Source of the DNA: a virus | Virus record (IMG/VR): IMGVR_UViG_3300018875_000009 | Span: 1-43,168 of that record | Direction: 5' to 3' (one strand) | Length of the DNA: 43,168 nt | Program-made: the position numbers and the translations under genes | Part shown: positions 32,878 to 40,276 of the stretch, piece after piece | Layout: each line of letters opens with the position of its first letter | Position numbering within the stretch: position 1 is the first letter of the stretch | The notes under the pieces: model-generated | What the model saw: only the letters and a program-made list of their open reading frames with translations | Database searches by the model: none | Told to the model about the DNA's origin: nothing

Positions 32878-32970
32878 TTCGGGGAGCCACCCACGGACCG
32901 CGACCGCCCTTCGCGGGTCAACGTGGGGGCTCAACCCATAGGCCCCCGAGAAGGGGCCTGAGCGCCCCTG

Positions 32971-33432
32971 TCAGCTCAGGAGAGAGAGAACCTGAGCGTC
33001 GGGGCCGTCCTCGGAATTCGAGGGCACAGACAGCCGCGTACGGTCGCTAGGCGACAAGCCGAAGCGGCTACCGAACTTCAACATGAGATCCGCCGCGTCT
33101 CGCATGACCTGAGCGGCAGGGTTCTTGACCAATCCGCCGTCTCGGCCGGCCACAAGGGGGCCGTACTCGGCCATGGCTTCGCGGGCAGCGTCGAACGTCG
33201 CCCAGGCTTCGCAGTAGGCGACCAGATAGGCCCGGTCAACCTTCGTCAGAAGGCCCAGGCGGTCAAGCTCGGGGACGATACGGCCCCACTCGGCCAGGGC
33301 TTCGCCCTTCAGGTCGGCGGGAGGCCGAGGCGCACCCTTCGAAGGCTCCGGTTCGGCACCGTTCAGCTTCTTCTTCGAAGGATTCCCCTTCAGCTCGACC
33401 AGCTTGGAAGGAGTCGGGGGCGGTCCGGGCAT
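32971..33432 (-). CDS. terS: Terminase small subunit (P27-family-like)
   Basis: MPGPPPTPSKLVELKGNPSKKKLN N-terminus. ATG 33432 follows SD GAGAGAGG (the ORF track allows 33513). Confidence 0.78.
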   Translation of the reverse strand: MPGPPPTPSKLVELKGNPSKKKLNGAEPEPSKGAPRPPADLKGEALAEWGRIVPELDRLGLLTKVDRAYLVAYCEAWATFDAAREAMAEYGPLVAGRDGGLVKNPAAQVMRDAADLMLKFGSRFGLSPSDRTRLSVPSNSEDGPDAQVLSLLS

Positions 33433-33647
33433 GTCTGCAACCTCTCTCGGTCTGAAATTCCCCTCTCTGGGAAACGGTTCTGTAATTCGCGCGGAGTCAT
33501 CCGCGCTGGTCAACGGCCTACACGCTTGCTCACTCCGTTATTCGGAGCAATCCGAATTCCCACGAACTCAGGCGAACCCCCGCGCGTTCACAAAGCAGGA
33601 AGGGCGCGGGTGCGGGGAAGGCTCCCCGGAAAGTTTCAGATCCCCCC

Positions 33648-33661
33648 TCCGGCTCATTTGA
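33648..33661. repeat. Perfect 14-bp palindrome GGCTCATTTGAGCC in the terS-upstream non-coding region
   Basis: Read directly. Shares the CATTTGA core with the dispersed motif. Confidence 0.7.
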
Positions 33662-33821
33662 GCCGAGAATCTGAGCCAGCTAGCTTGACAATGCTTGATC
33701 TGGTGTGTTCTCGGCTACGCCGTTGGCATGGCTGGGATCACTTCGGTTAGGGAGTGAGAGCCGGACCATGCGAGCTGGTGAGGGATTGAAGCAGGGGCGG
33801 GGTGCTGCCTTGACGGCACCC

Positions 33822-34145
33822 CTAGTAGCGTTTCCCTTTTCGGTAGTCGTTCTCTCGTCTTGTGTTGCATGATCGACAGAGAACCCGAGTGTTATCGAGG
33901 GTGTTGGTTCCACCATCCTTCAAAGGAAGGATGTGGTCTCCGGTTAGGTCTTTGTCTGTACCGCAGAAAGAACAGTAGGGCTGAAGTCTGATGGCTTCTG
34001 CCCTTACCTTCTGCCATTGGTAGTCGTACAGCCCTGGCCTTCGAGTGTTCTTACTCTTGTGCTTTCGTGGTGCGGTAGCACATTGAGCACAGGGCACCCC
34101 GAGGGGGTGCAGCCTTTTGTGGCGGGGGCACATGCTGTAAGGCAT
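33822..34145 (-). CDS. HNH endonuclease (packaging-associated position)
   Basis: CAQC...CSFCG...GDHILPLKDGGTNTLDNTRVLCRSCN. SD GAGAGGGGGTGG. Confidence 0.85.
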   Translation of the reverse strand: MPYSMCPRHKRLHPLGVPCAQCATAPRKHKSKNTRRPGLYDYQWQKVRAEAIRLQPYCSFCGTDKDLTGDHILPLKDGGTNTLDNTRVLCRSCNTRRENDYRKGKRY

Positions 34146-34477
34146 GGGGCCACCCCCTCTCTAGGGGGGTACCCCCTTGGTCTTCATTCTGTATAGACCT
34201 GTTAAGGGCCAGGGCTTCTAATGCCCTGGCCTTAGATAGCTTCCTTATAGGGGCGGCCTCGGGAGGGCCGCCCTTCTGCTACTGCTCTCTTCCGTTCGCA
34301 GTAGCTCTAGAGCTATCTCTGTCCCCCGATCCCCCCGGCTTCCGTTCGCTCGCTCCGCTCTCTCACTACAGCCGACCCCCTTACCCCCTAGCTGTCGCCA
34401 GGGGTAGACCTGTTGGTTCGGCAGAGGCCCCACAACGGGGCCTCTAACCTGGGGTTCCTTGATCCCGCCAGGGCAGC

Positions 34478-34551
34478 GAAGCTATGTTTTGGAATGCCAG
34501 CGAGGAACGGCCCAGGAGGGGCCGGGAGCTAGCAGAGAAGCCCGTTTAAAC
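34478..34551 (+). promoter_or_regulatory. Dispersed motif GAAGCTATGTTTTGGAAT (34478-34495) fused to leader-like GCCAGCGAGGAA, then a hairpin and GTTTAAAC (34544-34551)
   Basis: Read directly. First element of the + arm. Confidence 0.55.
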
Positions 34552-34571
34552 CGCCGAGGAAAGAGGCTGCT

Positions 34572-34781
34572 GTGTTCCTGCCCCCGAAGACTGTTGCTGC
34601 CACGAACCGCTATGTCGAGAACGGCCCCGAGGACCGGAACCCGGTCTTCAAGCACGACTTCCGGGGGCGCGTCGACTTCTCTGGCGGAATTCTTCGCTAC
34701 AGCACGACCACCCCGGCCCCGGCTAAGAAGAAGGGCAATGCCGCTTCGGTCATGGCCCGTATTGCTCAGGCCCGAAGCTGA
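34572..34781 (+). CDS. Hypothetical protein (69 aa)
   Basis: GTG after SD AGGAAAGAGG. High GC3. Its TGA stop lies inside the next motif copy. Confidence 0.55.
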   Translation: MFLPPKTVAATNRYVENGPEDRNPVFKHDFRGRVDFSGGILRYSTTTPAPAKKKGNAASVMARIAQARS

Positions 34782-34791
34782 TATTTGGAAT
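34774..34791 (+). repeat. Copy of the dispersed motif (GAAGCTGATATTTGGAAT)
   Basis: Read directly. Confidence 0.75.
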
Positions 34792-34801
34792 GGTGGCCCG
34801 A

Positions 34802-34993
34802 ATGACTCTCGTCAAGGCTCTTCAGATGATCCGGCCCTTCGAGGATCTTCCTCACTACGAAACCGCCGTGGCTCAGCTTCATGTGGCCGCCGGCCGAGGA
34901 AAGCGGGAGCTTCACAGGGCCGCCTACCGAATCCGCGACGCTTTCGCCGCGTATGAGTACGCCGTGAACTACGGAAAGGCCGAGGCCGCGTGA
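34802..34993 (+). CDS. Hypothetical protein (63 aa)
   Basis: ATG 34802 follows GGTGG. The ORF-track ATG at 34790 lacks an SD. Confidence 0.5.
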   Translation: MTLVKALQMIRPFEDLPHYETAVAQLHVAAGRGKRELHRAAYRIRDAFAAYEYAVNYGKAEAA

Positions 34994-35208
34994 TCGAGCA
35001 ACTAGGGGAACTTCAGACCGGCCTTCTCCTGTTCGGCGGGTTCTTCGCTCTTATCGCCTTTATCTGCCTCGCCCTCGAAGACCTCTGGCATTCGTGGAAG
35101 GAACGGAACCCCAATGAGCGATTGGGAAACGGTCGACCTCGGCACGCTCGACGCCGAGGAAAGAGAGCGCATCCTTCGCGACCTTCATGGAGTAGAGAAC
35201 GACTGTGA
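34990..35208 (+). CDS. Small membrane protein with a basic tail
   Basis: GTGA coupling and one clear TM helix. GC3 drops in the last 30 codons, where ORF 35114-35212 overlaps. Confidence 0.45.
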   Translation: MIEQLGELQTGLLLFGGFFALIAFICLALEDLWHSWKERNPNERLGNGRPRHARRRGKRAHPSRPSWSRERL

Positions 35209-35212
35209 GTGA
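35114..35212 (+). CDS. Possible 32-aa acidic mini-ORF overlapping the previous gene's tail
   Basis: ATG after SD GAAGGAACGG. Better GC3 than the overlapping frame. Confidence 0.3.
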   Translation: MSDWETVDLGTLDAEERERILRDLHGVENDCE

Positions 35213-35732
35213 ACGGGCTTCTACGGCCCCCCGCATCTTGGAGCTATGCGCCGGTTACGGCGGCCTGGGGATGGCCGTAGAAGCTCTAACGGGTGGCCGC
35301 GTTACTTGGGTGGCGGACAACGATCCGAATAAGGCCCTGATCCTGGAACGTCGCTTCCCTGGGGTGCCGAACCTCGGGGATATCACTCAAATCGACTGGG
35401 CGACGCTCGCTGAAGAGGGCGTAGAGATCATCACGGCCGGTTTTCCGTGCCAGGACATTTCGAATGCGGGGAAACGGGTTGGTATCGAAGGGTCGCGCTC
35501 GGGAATCTGGGCGAACGTCGCGGAAGCCGTTCGCGTTCTTCGACCGAAGCTCGTCTTCCTGGAAAACGTCTCCGCAATCCGAAGCCGAGGACTCTCCCGC
35601 GTACTCGGGGACTTGGCCGCGTGCGGGTATGACGCAGTCTGGACGTGCTATCGAGCTTCCGCCGCTGGCGCCCCCCACCACCGCGATAGGTGGTTTCTCG
35701 TTGCCGCTCCTGCCGACTCCAACGGCCGCTGA
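35205..35732 (+). CDS. C5 cytosine DNA methyltransferase, N-terminal part (motifs I-VIII)
   Basis: ELCAGYGGLG (motif I), GFPCQDIS (IV), VFLENV (VI), HHRDRWF (VIII). Confidence 0.85.
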   Translation: MSERASTAPRILELCAGYGGLGMAVEALTGGRVTWVADNDPNKALILERRFPGVPNLGDITQIDWATLAEEGVEIITAGFPCQDISNAGKRVGIEGSRSGIWANVAEAVRVLRPKLVFLENVSAIRSRGLSRVLGDLAACGYDAVWTCYRASAAGAPHHRDRWFLVAAPADSNGR

Positions 35733-36294
35733 CGGCCGCCGAGGACCGGACTACGCGAAAGCGGCCCGCCCTGGGGCCGGTGGGGATGACCTTGTTACGG
35801 CCATGGCTCGACTGTGGCCCCGAGATAAGACCGAGAAGCTACTGAAGACCCCTACCGCGAATCTCGGCCGGAATGGTGCCCCCCAGCATCCCGACAAGAG
35901 GAAAGCGGGCGGCCACGGGCCGACCCTTGAAGACGAAGTGTGTTTTCTGCTGAACGTCGAGCCTGGGGCCGACTATGGGGGCGATTTCAGCCCCTCGGAA
36001 TGGTGGGGAGACTTCGCCCCCGCTGTCCGCCGTTGGGAAGTGCTCACCGGTCAACCGGCACCCGTTCCGGTCGAGTACGGGCCGCGTGGCGGCCTTCGTC
36101 TGGCCCCTCGGTTCGCCGAGTGGCTTATGGGGATCGTGCCCGGATGGATCACGAAGGTTGAAGGTCTCGACCGAGGCCAGCAACTCAAGGCCGTAGGCGA
36201 TGGGGTCGTTCCGCAACAGGCTTTCGCGGCCTTCGCTCACCTACTCGGGGAGCTTGAGAGGAGAGACGTTGGAAGCGTCCCTGACGCTGCCTAG
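35701..36294 (+). CDS. C5 cytosine DNA methyltransferase, C-terminal part (target-recognition region plus motifs IX-X), in the +1 frame
   Basis: TTG 35701 lies 7 nt after SD AGGTGG. LLPTPTAADGRRG..., LKTPTANLGRNG..., AVGDGVVPQQA (motif X-like). Confidence 0.65.
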   Translation: MPLLPTPTAADGRRGPDYAKAARPGAGGDDLVTAMARLWPRDKTEKLLKTPTANLGRNGAPQHPDKRKAGGHGPTLEDEVCFLLNVEPGADYGGDFSPSEWWGDFAPAVRRWEVLTGQPAPVPVEYGPRGGLRLAPRFAEWLMGIVPGWITKVEGLDRGQQLKAVGDGVVPQQAFAAFAHLLGELERRDVGSVPDAA

Positions 36295-36916
36295 CGAAGA
36301 GATGGCCAGGGCCGCCTACAACGCCCTGGCCTTCTTCCCGGCCCGGTCCATGGTGAAGACCGCGCGGGTTCAGGTGAGCCCCGCCGGCCTCACGGTCACG
36401 GGAACGGACGGGTACGCAATCGGACAGGATACGGCCCCGGTTGAGGACTACGAAGGCCCCTCTGGGGGCGTGACGCTGCATGTTGGCCGTGACGCCCTGG
36501 CCGACCTTGACTCGGCCGGTAGGAAGGACAAGAAGGGCTTCGGCAGGCTCGAAGTGAAGCCCGGTGACGGGCTGGTGTTCCGTCCGGGCAACAACGACAC
36601 CCCTACGGCGGCCCAGGACGTTTCGGCTCAGGCCGATGACGCCCTATGGGGCATGCTCGACAGCCTGTTTACACGGCTCGAAGGGCGGCCCCTGGCCGTG
36701 CCCGAGCTGGTCGCGTTCGACCCTGCCCTTCTGGCCCGGTTCTCGAAGGTCAAGGCTCCGAAGGGGAAGGACGGCCTCGGCCGTGCCCTCGACATGCTGA
36801 TTTTCGACGCGAAGGAACCAATCCTGATCAAGATAGGCCCCACCTTCCGGGGTGTGATCATGCCCATTGATCGGGAGGTTCACGGGGAGAACGTTGGTCA
36901 AGATGGACTTTGGTAG
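36269..36916 (+). CDS. Hypothetical protein, possibly beta-clamp-like
   Basis: TTG 36269 follows SD GAGAGGAGAG (ATG 36302 is the alternative). GTDGYAIG and C-terminal RGVIMPI are reminiscent of DnaN motifs. Weak call. Confidence 0.45.
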   Translation: MEASLTLPSEEMARAAYNALAFFPARSMVKTARVQVSPAGLTVTGTDGYAIGQDTAPVEDYEGPSGGVTLHVGRDALADLDSAGRKDKKGFGRLEVKPGDGLVFRPGNNDTPTAAQDVSAQADDALWGMLDSLFTRLEGRPLAVPELVAFDPALLARFSKVKAPKGKDGLGRALDMLIFDAKEPILIKIGPTFRGVIMPIDREVHGENVGQDGLW

Positions 36917-37022
36917 CTACTCGCCGTGCGAAGAGTACGGCTGTGACATGCAAGTGATCGACCCCGAGGCCCCGAGGCTCACCTACCGGTGCACCGATTG
37001 CGGGGCCGAGTACACGGAATGA
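36903..37022 (+). CDS. Zinc-ribbon mini-protein (39 aa; below the ORF-track cutoff)
   Basis: C..C...CTDC pattern. High GC3. Followed by a terminator. Confidence 0.4.
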   Translation: MDFGSYSPCEEYGCDMQVIDPEAPRLTYRCTDCGAEYTE

Positions 37023-37026
37023 CGAA

Positions 37027-37052
37027 ACCCCCGGCCCATCAGGGCCGGGGGT
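37027..37052. terminator. Bidirectional terminator between convergent operons
   Basis: ACCCCCGGCCC / GGGCCGGGGGT stem, ATCA loop, TTCTCTGCGTT tail. Confidence 0.75.
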
Positions 37053-37061
37053 TCTCTGCGT

Positions 37062-37331
37062 TCACGGCTGCTGTTGCTCGGGGTTCCAATCTTCGATTGC
37101 CACAACCGCGTGCTTGCTGGCGGGGGCCTTCCGCGGCTTCGGGGCCTTCCGGTCGGTCCCCAGGTCATACAGCTCGACCAGGGGCGCCTTATGCTCGCCG
37201 CACAGGTCCACGTCCTTCGGCTTGCCCCCTCGGCTGACCGTGAAGCCCTCGACCTCTTCGTCACTGCCGCACACGTCGCACCGAGCTAGCTCGATCAGTT
37301 CTCTAACCACGGCCCGCCCTCCTCTCGTCAA
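37062..37331 (-). CDS. Small protein resembling a Cys-substituted Lsr2 N-terminal domain, with a basic PKPRKAP tail
   Basis: By eye, CDVCGSDEEVEGFTVSRGGKPKDVDLCGEHKAPLVELY aligns with Lsr2 DDLDGSEATQTVLFALDGKTYEIDLNDGHAAELRDAL. Lies downstream of int. Confidence 0.45.
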   Translation of the reverse strand: MTRGGRAVVRELIELARCDVCGSDEEVEGFTVSRGGKPKDVDLCGEHKAPLVELYDLGTDRKAPKPRKAPASKHAVVAIEDWNPEQQQP

Positions 37332-38418
37332 GCGGGATGATCTTACCGCCGTCCTGTCCAGCGGTCAGGAACGGCTGTCCCTTCATCATCTGCGCGTACT
37401 TCTGCCGCTCGATATCCAATCCTAGGTACCGCTCGGTCGTGCTCACCTCCTTGTGGTTCAGGGCCGCCTGCACGATCCGAAGGGCGTAGTCATGGCCCTT
37501 GTGGACCAGGGAGTCATAGAGGATGCGCGCGAAGGAACGGCGAAGCGTGTGCCACGCGTCCCCAGGGTCAAGCTCGATGCCGGCCTTCTCGGCAACGTCC
37601 TTGATGATGTAGGTCGGGTGAGTGATCCACCCCTCGGGGTTGAGTCGGCGAACCGGGTCCGGTACCTGGGCGTGACCGGCTATGAACTTGCGCTTGTGGC
37701 ACACCGGGAACAGGTAGTAGGACCGCTTCAGCGTCCCGACCTCTTCCGTGTAGATGCGAAGCCACTCCCGAAGCTCCCGCTCAAGGTCGAGCGACAGGGG
37801 AACCGTTACCTCTTCCTTCGTCTTCGGCAGGTACACGTACAGCTCCCCCTTGTTGAAGGACACGTCTCGCACCCGCATCTGAACCGCCTCGGAGATGCGA
37901 AGGCCCGTGTTCGCCAGGAAGGCGATCAAGGCACGGTCGCGGGGGTAGTCCGCCGCTTCGATCAAGAGAAGCACTTCTTCCCGCGTCATGCGGTAGCGGT
38001 TCCGGTTGGTCTGGGTGCTCTTCTCCTTCAGGCCCTCGGTCAGTTGCTCCATGGTCCGGAGCGTCCATTCACGGCGCTCACAGAAGCGGAAGAAGCTACG
38101 CATGGTGGCCCGATAGTTGGCCAGGGTGGTGGACCCGCACGTCTCATGAAGGCCGCCAGGGCCGTAGAAGAAGGCTTCGATGTGCTGCGCCCGGAGGGTG
38201 CTTACGTGACAGTCGCCGACATGCACGGCGAACCGTCGAAAGAGGCTCCGAAGGTAGTGCAACGGCCGGCCGTGCCCTACTTGGGCTTCCCGTTGCTCGA
38301 CGTACAGCTTCCCCGCGTAGCTTACTTTTGGAGTTGCAGCCCTAGCCATTCCGAATGTGCCCTTCGTCCGTTCAGTCGACCGCCGTACGGCAGCGCTGAC
38401 CAGCGGCTTCCCAGGCAT
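37303..38418 (-). CDS. int: Tyrosine integrase
   Basis: C-terminal catalytic region: ...GLRISEA..., WHTLRRSFA, ...ALNHKEVSTTERYLG (R..HxxR..Y). Confidence 0.9.
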   Translation of the reverse strand: MPGKPLVSAAVRRSTERTKGTFGMARAATPKVSYAGKLYVEQREAQVGHGRPLHYLRSLFRRFAVHVGDCHVSTLRAQHIEAFFYGPGGLHETCGSTTLANYRATMRSFFRFCERREWTLRTMEQLTEGLKEKSTQTNRNRYRMTREEVLLLIEAADYPRDRALIAFLANTGLRISEAVQMRVRDVSFNKGELYVYLPKTKEEVTVPLSLDLERELREWLRIYTEEVGTLKRSYYLFPVCHKRKFIAGHAQVPDPVRRLNPEGWITHPTYIIKDVAEKAGIELDPGDAWHTLRRSFARILYDSLVHKGHDYALRIVQAALNHKEVSTTERYLGLDIERQKYAQMMKGQPFLTAGQDGGKIIPLDERRAGRG

Positions 38419-38668
38419 ACTAACATTTGGAACCTAGCTTCCAGGACAACTAGGAAATGCGCTCTGACCTGCGGAAACGTACGGCTTAAGCCCCCAAGGT
38501 AGGGGCCTCGGAGGGGGCCGTCAAGGGCCGTTCGAACGAGCGATTCGAACAAATATCCGTCACAGCAAAGTTAAGAAACTGTGTTTCTTTTCTAGACCGT
38601 ACAACCCTTCATGCTCTACGTGCGTATACTTCATTTGGAGCTAGACGCGTGGTCCGCGTCGAGCTTCG

Positions 38669-38698
38669 TTGACAGCTCGTCAGATATCTCAGTAGCTT
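38669..38698 (+). promoter_or_regulatory. Sigma-70-type promoter: -35 TTGACA 38669-38674, 18-nt spacer, -10 TAGCTT 38693-38698
   Basis: Read directly. Lies in the lower-GC int/HTH intergenic region. Confidence 0.55.
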
Positions 38699-38743
38699 GA
38701 TCAACAACACACATTGACCGACAGACTTGAAGGGTTCCCCTTT

Positions 38744-39229
38744 ATGCCGGCCCCCAGACTGCTGCCAACCAGCGACGTGCTTCGTAAGCATCGCTCGGAG
38801 GGGATGACCTACGAGGAGATCGGGAAGATGTACGGCGTTTCAAAGGGGGCCGTGTATCAGGCCCTTCGCAACGCCAACCAGACGAAGACGCGCCCCGATC
38901 ACAGCAAGTACATTCCGTGGACCGTCCGGACCGAACATGCCCAGGCTCGACCTAACGGCATGCTTCGGCTTTACTCGCGTCGCGAGCAGGGCGAGACGCT
39001 ACCTGCGGTCAAGGAACGCATGCTCGACAAGTGGCTGGCCGAGCTGAAGGAAGCCAACGTGGTGGTCTGTTATCACCGCGACATGGCCCCGAATCCCGCC
39101 AGCCCTACCGGCGGGTGGTACTACTCGAAGCGTCGACCTTCGGACGGCGACAGCCTGATTCGCTTCGAGCCCGAGAAGAAGCCGGGCGAAGAAGTCGCGA
39201 AGGTCTCGGACCCCTCGGGCGCTGCCTAG
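38744..39229 (+). CDS. Helix-turn-helix DNA-binding protein (candidate Cro, excision or immunity factor)
   Basis: GMTYEEIGKMYGVSKGAVYQALRNA is an HTH. ATG 38744 follows GAAGGG (the ORF-track TTG is at 38714). Confidence 0.6.
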   Translation: MPAPRLLPTSDVLRKHRSEGMTYEEIGKMYGVSKGAVYQALRNANQTKTRPDHSKYIPWTVRTEHAQARPNGMLRLYSRREQGETLPAVKERMLDKWLAELKEANVVVCYHRDMAPNPASPTGGWYYSKRRPSDGDSLIRFEPEKKPGEEVAKVSDPSGAA

Positions 39230-39263
39230 CTTCGTTTAAACAATCTACGCGCGTGCACCGACG

Positions 39264-39289
39264 GGCCGCCCCTAGCGGGCGGCCTTTTT
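39264..39289 (+). terminator. Intrinsic terminator
   Basis: GGCCGCCC / GGGCGGCC stem, 5-nt loop, TTTTT run. Confidence 0.85.
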
Positions 39290-39296
39290 GCTGCCT

Positions 39297-39354
39297 GAAG
39301 CTGTTATTTGACACCGCCAGGGGCGTCGAGCGAAGATATACCTGTCAGCGAGGG
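39297..39354 (+). promoter_or_regulatory. Cassette K upstream of whiB: GAAGCTGTTATTTGACA, -35 TTGACA 39308-39313, weak -10 GAAGAT 39332-39337, leader TGTCAGCGAGGG 39343-39354
   Basis: Read directly. The -10 matches only at A2 and T6. Confidence 0.5.
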
Positions 39355-39438
39355 AAGGCCACGGAGGAACCGGCAAGGAAAGCCGGGGACGTGAGCAAAA
39401 CCGAGCGGCCAGAATACCCCCGGCATAAGTGAGGCATC

Positions 39439-39771
39439 TTGCACCCCTGCGAGGCTGACCCGGATCTTTGGTTTTCGGAAAAGGCCGAGGATATAGCCCA
39501 GGCGAAGGAAGCCTGCGGCTTCTGCCCGGTTCGCGCTGAGTGTGCCGAGTTGGGCGAAGAGGAAGAGTTCGGCGTTTGGGGCGGTATGACCTCGGACGAG
39601 ATTCGCAGCGCGAAACGCTTCCGTCTCGTCATGCTCGAAGAGTGGACGAATTCTAAGATTCGATCCATGCAGGCTAGCGGCGTCTCGATCTCGGCCATGG
39701 CCCGTGAGCTGGGCATGCCCCGCAAGACGTTGGCGGACCGGCTTCGCCGAATGACCGGCCTTGCTGCGTAG
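39439..39771 (+). CDS. whiB: WhiB-family Fe-S transcription factor with a C-terminal HTH extension
   Basis: Cys at HPCE plus CGFCPVRAEC (C-x2-C-x5-C) and GVWGG. C-terminus SISAMARELGMPRKTLADRLRR. TTG start after SD AAGTGAGG. Confidence 0.82.
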   Translation: MHPCEADPDLWFSEKAEDIAQAKEACGFCPVRAECAELGEEEEFGVWGGMTSDEIRSAKRFRLVMLEEWTNSKIRSMQASGVSISAMARELGMPRKTLADRLRRMTGLAA

Positions 39772-39949
39772 TAAGGCAACCCTTAGCTACTAACAGGTTC
39801 TGAACATCTGGTCACAAAGCCGTAACAACGATGTTTGAACCTCAACAAAGTGTTCACGGAGTGAACGTTTCCGGTTACGCTTTGATCCTAACCTCGCAGC
39901 TCAAAAGGCTTCCGGGGTTGCTCTGTGTGCGGAAGTAACGGCCTCGGGG

Positions 39950-40246
39950 ATGCCCATGCTCGTAGAAAGCTCTCAAGGAGTGGACCTCAATAATGCAGGG
40001 GTCGACCTTCAGGGCATAGACATTCTGTGGGACATACCTCAAGTGATCTCTGTCGCGAGACTGAGATACGCGAACGGAACGCGGATCGAATTCGCGTACT
40101 GCCGACAGAATGCTGATGAAGACGATTTCGAAGTAGCCCGCAATATGGCTCCAACCCCCTCGGTACCGCTGAAGAGCTACCCGAGCGACACCCTCGGTTG
40201 CGGCCATGACGACGAATACACGACCGCCTGTTGGGTGTTCCACTAA
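39950..40246 (+). CDS. Hypothetical acidic protein in a low-GC island (coding strand ambiguous)
   Basis: GC3 is only about 64 percent by hand count, against about 85 percent in neighbouring genes. A + strand terminator follows. A competing minus ORF at 39875-40267 has the same GC3. Confidence 0.3.
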   Translation: MPMLVESSQGVDLNNAGVDLQGIDILWDIPQVISVARLRYANGTRIEFAYCRQNADEDDFEVARNMAPTPSVPLKSYPSDTLGCGHDDEYTTACWVFH

Positions 40247-40276
40247 CCCCATCGGCCACAACTTCACATAGACCTA

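Noticed and set aside
34459-34956. 165-aa + strand ORF, and the 62-aa minus-strand ORF at 34245-34433
   Set aside because: Arg/Ser/Pro-rich products that span motif and hairpin elements. The ORF at 34459-34956 overlaps two better SD-led ORFs (34572-34781, 34802-34993) in another frame.
39875-40267. 130-aa minus-strand ORF in the low-GC island, as the real gene
   Set aside because: Not excluded, but disfavoured. It has no SD. A terminator hairpin abuts its start codon. It runs against the flanking transcription, whereas the overlapping + ORF has a terminator in the right place. GC3 is equal in both frames, so the sequence alone cannot decide.
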